Source of the DNA: Macrostomum lignano
Lineage: Eukaryota
NCBI GenBank assembly: GCA_002269645.1
Contig: NIVC01000951.1
Location: forward strand, 1-30,526
Direction of reading: 5' to 3'
DNA length: 30,526 nt
A model generated the notes under the pieces. The model did no database searches and was not told the DNA's origin. It saw only the letters and a list, made by a program, of their open reading frames with translations. Below are positions 23,012 to 30,526 of the stretch, in pieces (position 1 is the first letter of the stretch; every line of letters begins with the position of its first letter). The translations under genes and the position numbers were made by a program.

Positions 23012-23416
23012 ATGAGCGCGAAGACGTCTGTCGATCAGTGGTCGGGATTGCCAATCCTGGACCTCAATGACGTGGAAACGTTTTTGGCGGAACTACGGAC
23101 TCAGGAAGATTCATACCGCGACTTAGATGTACAAGAACTAGAGGACATCAAACGACTTGAACAGTCGTCAAAGTCGGCATCCACCTTAGCAACCACTAAG
23201 AATCAAATTAATCGGTTCAAGAAATTTCTTTGAGAGAAAAACCTGCCTGATGACATTGAAAGCATGCCAGTGCGATACTTAGACGGCTATCTGCGCCTCT
23301 GGTACGTAAGTCTGCGAGCTAATCCTGCGCTTGGAACGAAGACCTATGCACCGGATACGATTCGTGGCTTTCGGGCTAGTATCCATCGATTTGTAAAGGA
23401 GACAAACAGTGCTTGA
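23012..23416 (+). pseudogene. Remnant of a Crypton-type tyrosine-recombinase transposon ORF (N-terminal core-binding region)
   Basis: Reading through the in-frame TGA at 23231-23233 gives STLATTKNQINRFKKFL*EKNLPDDIESMPVRYLDGYLRLWYVSLR...KTYAPDTIRGFRASIHRFVKE. This matches the pattern NT.K.T...+..F..+L.E....+E.+P..LD..L..F+...R...G..Y.P.+L..+.A.+.R+L.E that I recall for Crypton and Crypton-derived (DUF3504-associated) proteins. No catalytic domain follows. Confidence 0.7.
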
Positions 23417-23586
23417 GAAAGACGGTGTAAGACTCAGCTTCTATCTTTAACGCTGCATGGCTTTTGATGAAGCATTGATGAACTATTCTGCTATTGACGT
23501 ATTGTTTATAAATGTACTTTTGTTATGCTGGCTAGCATGTACTGTTACTTCGATAAATTTATCTTTTTCTACGCTTAATAATAAAT

Positions 23587-23769
23587 GCCATAGACTAAAA
23601 TCGCGGGCACACATTGACGATTCCGTGGGCCGTGCGGCCCGCAAAATCATGGGACAACTTCACTTTTAGCATCCTTTTCCCCCGTTCCTTCCTATTGGCT
23701 CGTGACTGCGACATTACTTTCAGAAGGGGGCGAAAAGGAACACGAGACGAAAACGAATTAGTCTATGGC
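23587..23769. mobile_element. 183-bp non-autonomous element with perfect 12-bp TIR GCCATAGACTAA
   Basis: GCCATAGACTAA at 23587-23598 and TTAGTCTATGGC at 23758-23769. No TSD seen. Confidence 0.6.
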
Positions 23770-24589
23770 CTACTGCCGACTACTGACAGAGCCTTGTCTG
23801 CTAGCTATTCCGAAGGGCCTGATGAGCCGCGAGATAGGTTATTGACCCATTTGTTAAATAAAATTTTCTCTAAGAAGTTACTTTTACTATAACTACGGTA
23901 TTTCATAAAAGACAATAATAATATTAATAAAATAATTTATTGTTAAGGATTAATCTAAATAAGGATAAGGATAAGGACCACTAATGCACTAAAATTCCGC
24001 ATCTAGTTTGGTGTAACCTAGAAAGATTATTGCTGAGTAATTAAAATATATTTGTTGAATATGCAAACTAAACAATTCGATCATTAATTTAAAATAAAGA
24101 TAGCTCATTATCTGTGATGTCATTATCTTGAAATAAAACACCGCAAACAATGTAAACAATGGATGGTTTAAAATCACACATGAAATTATATCTGTGGGAG
24201 ATAAAAAGTTACGTAGAGCATTAGAGTGCAATTTTAGAATAGTAAGATAGACAAATTGATATATTCTCGTGCATTGCTACTGTTATATAAGGATATAAAA
24301 CTTACTTGAAACATATACGATGTGTTAAAAAGGGTTAATAAACAAATATCAATATTACAATGTCATATCATTATTTCTCGCAACCACTTATTATAATAAT
24401 TTTTTGCTAGCTACTTGAATTTCAGAAACTAAAATTTTCTTAAATAAAAATTGAATTGAATATTAGCGTAACGAACATGCAAAAAGCTACATGTACTTTT
24501 CTGGTTTTGAAACGAATAGTATCGTTATTCAATTAGCTACAGATATCGCCTCATAAGCTAAAAGCCACAGCAAGGAGACAATGCAAAGT

Positions 24590-26260
24590 CTACATCAAGG
24601 GGCACGATCTTTTTGGTTTTCTCGACTCGAGCTGGGAAATCCGACTTTGCAGTTCGGCCACCTCACTCTGCCTCAACTGTTCTCGCCTTTCAAAGGAGCG
24701 CTGAGCCTCTTGCTGGCGAACAGAGAGCTGGTTTTTCAATTGTGAATTCATTTCCGCGAGTTGGTTCACTTTTCCCACAAGCTTCTCGCTATCAGCCTGA
24801 ATTTTCATCTTGTCAGCAAGGTGCTGCATTGACAAGTCTTGCAGCAAGCGATCCATTTCATCCTTTGAGACGCTTTGCCTCCTGATTTCTTCCTCAGTTC
24901 TCCTAAAGTTCTCCTCCATGTTTTCCATCTGTTGCAATACGTCCATGTTCTGTAGCTGCAGTCTCCCGATTTCGTGCTGCAATTGTTGGTTTTTTCTGTC
25001 GGCGCTCAAAGTCCTCGACTGCAGCCTCCTGACGAACTTCTTGTTATCAAGCAGCCCTTGGATCTCCTCTTTCAGCTTCTCCAGAGTCTTCTTGGTAGCC
25101 GCGGTTTCTGGCTGCATGCAGTTGGAAAGAAAATATTCCAGTGACTGTTGCTTCAGGACTTCTAGAATGTCGAAAAACTCGTCATCATGGAGGTCCGGAT
25201 CCAGAGAGTCTTCAAACATCTGCCTCGCCCCCTGAGCAGCGGTGATGTTTGCCATCTCAACTGTTGCATCGAAAATGTTTCTTGGAGTAGGCATTTTCCC
25301 GTTTTTAAAGGCTTCGAAATATATGTCAAAAAACTTGAATAGCTCTTTTCCAGGAAGTTCGGTTCCGTTCACCTTTTTTACTACCAGCGCTTGTGGACTG
25401 GCAATGACTGGAATGAACTTCTCCATTTCATCCACGAACTCGGGATCCAGTCGATGTATTTCACCTCGGAAGTCTTTGGCTGCAACTGCCTTTCCTGGAT
25501 GCGGCAGCAAGCAGCAGGATGCGCGCTCGAAGTACCGCTTGATGCCCAGCCTGAGCTCCTGGTTCTCCTTCGGCTTACGGCTATCGCACGCAAGGACTTT
25601 GTCCAGGTATTCCTGTCCACCAGTAGAACCATAGTCATGCTCGTGCGAATTCTGCCAGTCTCTGGTGAGGAACCACAGATGCTGAAGAACTTTCTTATCC
25701 TTCGACTCTCTCGCCATTGAAGCAAACTCGACAAACAGTCGGAGGTGCTGCAGATCTGTTTCCTGGATGTTCTGCGAGATGTTGAAAATTTGCACCGAAC
25801 TCAGAAGTGTGCTGAATCCAAAGATCGTAGCGCAGTCTCTTTGAGTCGACTGGTGATCGAATGCGCCCTGAGTGTCCATCAGCAGCACGGCCACCTCTTG
25901 TCCATCGGGCTTGCGGATGAAGAACGGCTCGGACCAGATGAGGATCCCGGTGGTGTCTCTCTCGCTCCCGGCTCTCCAGTGGAATCCGTCATCGAGCTGG
26001 TCCTCAGATCGAATCCAGTCTCGAGTGTCACCTCGACTGAGAGCTCGGAGGTATCTCAGGAAGAAGTTGAGCAGGAAAGACTTGCCCTTGCGGAAGGCTC
26101 CGGCCACGCTAATGAGAACCACCTTGCAGGTCGCCAGCTTGTGAGCGTTTCGCATTTGCTTGAAGATATCAGCGTTGAACTCGAATCGCATGCAGTCATC
26201 TTCTGTGTCTTCAGCTAGCTGGACGAGGTGGATCGGTCCGCTCCGTACTGATGAAGCCAT
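24590..26260 (-). CDS. Atlastin-like/GBP-like large GTPase, copy 4, intact, 556 aa, polybasic + CaaX (RKPKRSCPLM)
   Basis: Uninterrupted ORF from ATG 26260 with VAGAFRKGKS, GSERDTTG, MDTQG, LTRDW and LLPHPG, a coiled coil and no TM segment. Confidence 0.93.
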   Translation of the reverse strand: MASSVRSGPIHLVQLAEDTEDDCMRFEFNADIFKQMRNAHKLATCKVVLISVAGAFRKGKSFLLNFFLRYLRALSRGDTRDWIRSEDQLDDGFHWRAGSERDTTGILIWSEPFFIRKPDGQEVAVLLMDTQGAFDHQSTQRDCATIFGFSTLLSSVQIFNISQNIQETDLQHLRLFVEFASMARESKDKKVLQHLWFLTRDWQNSHEHDYGSTGGQEYLDKVLACDSRKPKENQELRLGIKRYFERASCCLLPHPGKAVAAKDFRGEIHRLDPEFVDEMEKFIPVIASPQALVVKKVNGTELPGKELFKFFDIYFEAFKNGKMPTPRNIFDATVEMANITAAQGARQMFEDSLDPDLHDDEFFDILEVLKQQSLEYFLSNCMQPETAATKKTLEKLKEEIQGLLDNKKFVRRLQSRTLSADRKNQQLQHEIGRLQLQNMDVLQQMENMEENFRRTEEEIRRQSVSKDEMDRLLQDLSMQHLADKMKIQADSEKLVGKVNQLAEMNSQLKNQLSVRQQEAQRSFERREQLRQSEVAELQSRISQLESRKPKRSCPLM

Positions 26261-27176
26261 TTTGCGTGCTTGTACTTAAAGAGTTGGGAGTTAATGACAG
26301 CGGTGATTAGCAAATAATAGCTTTAGAAATTGCGTTTGAAGGCAATTAATATGCTATTCAACTCATGCGACGTTGTTACGAGTACAAATACTTTTTAATG
26401 TAGCTTGGATCTTAGTCTCAGTTCGGAAACGGAAAATTACTCTACAAGCAGAATAGTATCCGTCCCTTGCAGGCCTTCTTTCCGCACAAGTTGTTTCGGA
26501 AAATAACGGAAAATTCCATTTTATTTTTTTGCATAGCACGATAGCAGTATATCCTTAGCAATGTTCACGACCTATGCTCATACTCAACGAGGTGAATATC
26601 TACCCTGACTAACCAACTCGTCTACAAGTACGCTCGTAGCAAACGAAACCGAACTAGACTACATGCAGACACAATACCAGTTTAAAAGCAGTTTAGTACA
26701 ATACCCGCATAATGCTGCTGGTGTGACGCTCTGGTGGGGCGTGGCGAATCTGCTTTGGCGTCTAAGATAGTGCGAGTGCAAGTTAAATCTTATTTTAGAA
26801 ATGACGACGGTTAAGCAGAGTGCACAAAAACAAATTTTGCAAGAGTTTAAAAATACAAATTGTACGTCACGCTCACGTTGCACTCCACAGATTTATTTTA
26901 AGTATTACTCGCATACCAACTGACTGAAATTTAAAATCTCATGAATTTTCATTTCTGTCCTTAAATTTCCCTATCTAAATTAGGTAATTCAAAATGAAAA
27001 CTCTGTCTAGCTGTACTTTTTGAATACATATAGCTCGTAGTAACGTCTCGAAACTCCAAAAGTTAAAGTTTATGGATCTTGAAAGTGCATCTTTGCTGTT
27101 TGCATTGTTGCTATTCTACGTTCGACAAATTAAAACTGAAAAAATGTTGCAGACAAACAGATAACAGGCAAAGACA

Positions 27177-29057
27177 ATGACGACTGGCGAGGTTGTCTAC
27201 CTGGCAGAGCTAGCAAGCGGTGAGTCTGAGAGCGTCGAGAGATTCAAACTGAACGCTGGCATCGAGCGTCGAATTCTTTCATCTAAGAGCTTCCTTCGGT
27301 CTAAAGTCGCTGTAGTCAGTGTTGCCGGGGCATTTCTTAAAGGCAAGTCCTTCCTGCTCAACTTCTTCCTGAGATACCTCAGAGCTCTCAGTCGAGGAGA
27401 CACTCGAGACTGGATTCGATCTGATGACCAGCTCGATGACGAATTCCACTGGAGAGCCGGGATCGAGAGAGACACCACCGGCATCCTCATCTGGTCCGAG
27501 CCGTTCTTCATCCGCAAGCCCGACGGAGAAGCGGTGGCCGTGCTGCTGATGGACACTCAGGGTACATTCGATCACCAGTCGACTCAGCAGGAATAGCACC
27601 TCAATCTTCGTCTTCAGCACACTACTGAGCTCAGTGCAGATCTTCAACATCTCGCAGAACATTCAAGAGACGGATCTGCAGCACCTCCGACTGTTCGTTG
27701 AGTTCGCCTCGATGGCAAAGGATGAAAGCGAAAAGGTCCTTCAAGACTTGTGGTTTCTACGAGTCGTAATTCGGGACTGGCAAAACCCCGATGAGTTCGA
27801 GAACGGCCATGCCGGCGGTATGAGATATCTACGCAAGGTAGTGGCGTCAGATGAGAACATGCCGGCTGAAAACCGTGAGCTCCGCACAGGCATCAGGAAA
27901 TATTTCGCATGTTTTGCTGCCTGCTGCCCAGCCCTGGGAAGTGTGCGACTAGATCGAATGTTCGAGGGGAGCTGGACAAGCTAGATGAAGACTTCGTTGA
28001 GGAGGTTGAGAAGTTTGTGGAACTCGTGCTATCACCTGAAAAGCTTGTCATTAAAGCAGTTAATGGAAGAGAACTCACTGGGCATGAGCTGCTGAACTTC
28101 GCTAAAGTCTACTTTGAGGCCTTCCGCAGCGGCAGGCTGCCTTCGCCCAAGTCGCTGTTCTCGGCCACCGTCGAATTGACGAACGCTGCGGTTGCCGCAT
28201 CCGCCAGACAGACGTTTGTTGACAAGGCCAGGCCGATTTCAGCCTCCGCATCCGCTGTTGACGCAATCGAATTAGAGCCACAGCTGCAGAAATTGGCCGA
28301 CGAATCGCTCGAACAATTCGACAAGCGCTGCATGCAGAAGGACTCAACCGACTGCGACAAGTGCCGACGAAAACTGCACGACAATCTACAGAGGGAGGTG
28401 CAGGATTTGATACTAATGAACCAGCTGAAGTCTGACAAGATCGCTGAGCAGAAGAAAGGATAGTTGCTGCAGCAAGATTTTCAGCGTGTCCTTGATGAGA
28501 AAGTTGATACCAACAGAAGGATGCAGCAACTGGAGCAGGAATTCCAGGAAAAAGTGAAACGAATCTTGGAGTCGTCCGTGTCCAAGGAGGAGATGCGGTC
28601 GCTGCTAGAAAAAGAGTCCATGCAACGCCAATTGGCCCTGCAGGAGTCCGAGGCGCGCAGCTCGCGGCAGGCAGCCAAGATAGAATCCCTGCTAAAGATG
28701 AACGAGGAGCTGCAGCGCCAGGTGCGCGAAAGCCAAGAGGAACGCAGGCAGCAGGATGCCAACGCAAAGCAGATGATGGCGCAGTGGGAGAAGCACATGG
28801 AAGAAGAGCGCAGGCGTCGGGAGCAGGAGGCCAAACGCAGTGCTAAGTGGGAGAATTTTCTTTTCGGAGTTTTGCAGGCTGCTGGGGGTGAAATTGTTAA
28901 ATGAACGATTTCGATTTTTTTCAGCGGCAGCGAGACAAGAGGCGCCAGTTCTTCCTCTGCCGCAGCCGCGGCTTCAACCCCAACCTTCATCCCGTTTCCC
29001 ATGTTCAGCCCCACCAGCTTCGCAGAAGCAGGAAAATCCAAAAGGAAAGGAAGCTGA
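27177..29057 (+). pseudogene. Atlastin-like/GBP-like large GTPase, copy 5, pseudogene
   Basis: G1 reads GAFLKGKS (R>L at 27336-27338). A +1 insertion creates TAG at 27594-27596. There is a 3-codon insertion before IRDW, a frameshift near 27905-27912, and an in-frame TAG at 28461-28463. The TGA at 28902-28904 is followed by 50 more open codons ending GKSKRKGS* at 29057, so the original end is either 28904 or 29057. Confidence 0.88.
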
Positions 29058-30285
29058 TGGGAAATAGCTGATCAAAATTGTGTTTTACTTTACAATATGT
29101 TTGATGTAATCATAATTGACTATATTTGTTATTTATTCACCGCATATTTTGCCTTTTTTGAATTTCTGTAGACATTCTGGTTCAAACAAATGTTTATTTG
29201 AAAGCGGTACGAGCTACATCATTGATTTTAGGAACGAGCGTACTATCAAAACAGGGTTCCATCCAGAATTATCCTACTATTCAAGATTTTGGAATATTCT
29301 GTCAGTTTCTGACATAAATTTCCTGTTTAGCCTCGTGATCTTCAGAAATTTTAAATACACAAATATATTTAAACTCAGATAAATTAATTAATTTTATTAT
29401 ATTGAATGTCTGCCAAGCTACTCCGGTATCAGGCTTCCCCGCCTCCCCACCAACGCTCTGCGCCTTCACTGCAACTGTGCTTTAAATACAGCATTCTCAA
29501 TGTTCTTAATATTCATTCTTGCGTTATGCTATGGCAGGCAGAAATCAGATCCCCAAATTCCTTGAAAAACCCTAAGAATTCTTGCGTAAAAGCCTGCTCA
29601 GAGAGCCTGCTCGTGAGGAGTGGTAGCCGCCTCCGAGGCATTTACAGCGGCCCGGAGGGCACCAAAACCACCTTAGCAGCCGGAGAGGTTCGCAAAGAGC
29701 CTTGCGCTCAGGCATAAAAAATTATACCTTAAAAATCCTTCACAATTAGGGCACTCTTACGAGATGAAAAGAGTGGATAATACAAGTGCAGGGATTGAGA
29801 TAGCCTTTTACCCATTCAGATATCAATAAGTTCGGTTATTCATATCGCCATGAGCTCAAAATATTAAAAGCTCGAAGCTTGTCAAGCATCTCCCTAGTTG
29901 TGAATGACAAGCAATTGTCTTTCCGACGATGTGGAACTTCGAGCTTATGAAACGACCGCCTTATTTGATTCCCTTTGGGTTAGAGAATGCTGAAGCGAGT
30001 GACAAAGCCAAATCAAAGCTAAAATAGACATAAGCGTAACGCGTTTGTCTTGCAATTTTATTTTATCACGCATCAGGAAAATGATGCAATCCAATTATCA
30101 GTGTACACAGGTCCTGTTTTAGATGCTCTTTAGGGTCACAAATCTTGGAGGAAATTCGAATACTGGTACAGCTATTCGATAAAACCATTTGTTGATCTAC
30201 TTTTGTATAACAGAATTTCATGAAAAACTGTCATTACAACAGCAGAATGGGAAAAATTCTTCTGTAGTCAGGGCAGCCTCAGCTG

Positions 30286-30526
30286 TCACATCAGCACACA
30301 ATTGCCTTTATTGAAGCTATCTTGTATCTCGTTCAGCTTTTGGGCACTCTGTCTACTGTTGGCCTCTTCATTTTTCAGCGCGAACATCACTGCTTCCAAG
30401 TTTCTTTGGATCTCCGAAATTTCTCTGTTAGCGTTTCTACGCTCCTCGTTTCGTTCTCTGTCGAGCTTTTCCTTCTCATTCCGAAGACTGCTGACCTCGC
30501 GTTCAAGCCGCTGCACAGCACTGTTG
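30286..30526 (-). CDS. 3' end of a coiled-coil protein ending in CaaX (GNCVLM); probable copy 6 of the GTPase family, truncated by the window edge
   Basis: The frame is open from the window end to the stop at 30286. It is an E/R/K/N-rich coiled coil ending in CVLM*. Family membership is inferred from architecture and position only. Confidence 0.6.
   Translation of the reverse strand, partial: NSAVQRLEREVSSLRNEKEKLDRERNEERRNANREISEIQRNLEAVMFALKNEEANSRQSAQKLNEIQDSFNKGNCVLM

Noticed and set aside
8660-26260. Canonical atlastin (ATL) orthologues
   Set aside because: There is no TM hairpin after the helical bundle, so no gene symbol was assigned.
4933-27556. Recurrent antisense ORFs beginning MS(I/M)SSTAT..PSGLRMKNGSDQ (4933, 15838, 25872, 27197) and other overlapping ORFs
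   Set aside because: These are shadows of the near-identical GTPase core on the opposite strand. They have variable ends and no independent motifs.
1590-29765. TACGAG motif recurring in intergenic DNA
   Set aside because: About 14 hits on both strands against a rough expectation of about 8 is not convincing enrichment.

Overview
This is eukaryotic (animal) genomic DNA, not a prokaryotic window: GC-rich exons with GT-AG introns, AT-rich spacers, a SINE, satellites and DNA-transposon remnants. The host cannot be named from the sequence. A repeat-rich invertebrate such as a free-living flatworm is a guess only. The window opens with a six-exon, secreted beta-lactamase/PBP-fold serine hydrolase gene (657-3793). 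The rest is a tandem and inverted cluster of five full-length paralogues with intronless coding regions plus the probable 3' end of a sixth. Each full-length copy has an atlastin-type GTPase domain and three-helix bundle, but the atlastin transmembrane hairpin is replaced by a long coiled coil. Four tails end in a CaaX prenylation box (CKQQ, CSIQ, CPLM, CVLM) and two end in a hydrophobic or amphipathic segment. This is a GBP-like architecture on an atlastin core and is the best candidate for an undescribed system, possibly a lineage-specific immune GTPase family. The cluster shows birth-and-death evolution (three intact copies, one frameshifted, one pseudogene) and apparent gene conversion of the G1-G3 core. 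Between the genes lie 35-, 44- and 151-bp tandem arrays, a direct-plus-inverted duplication, a tRNA-derived SINE with a 14-bp TSD, a probable solo LTR, and a nest of CCATAG(AC)-ended hairpin elements beside a Crypton-type tyrosine recombinase remnant. All alignments and counts were done by eye and no database searches were run.
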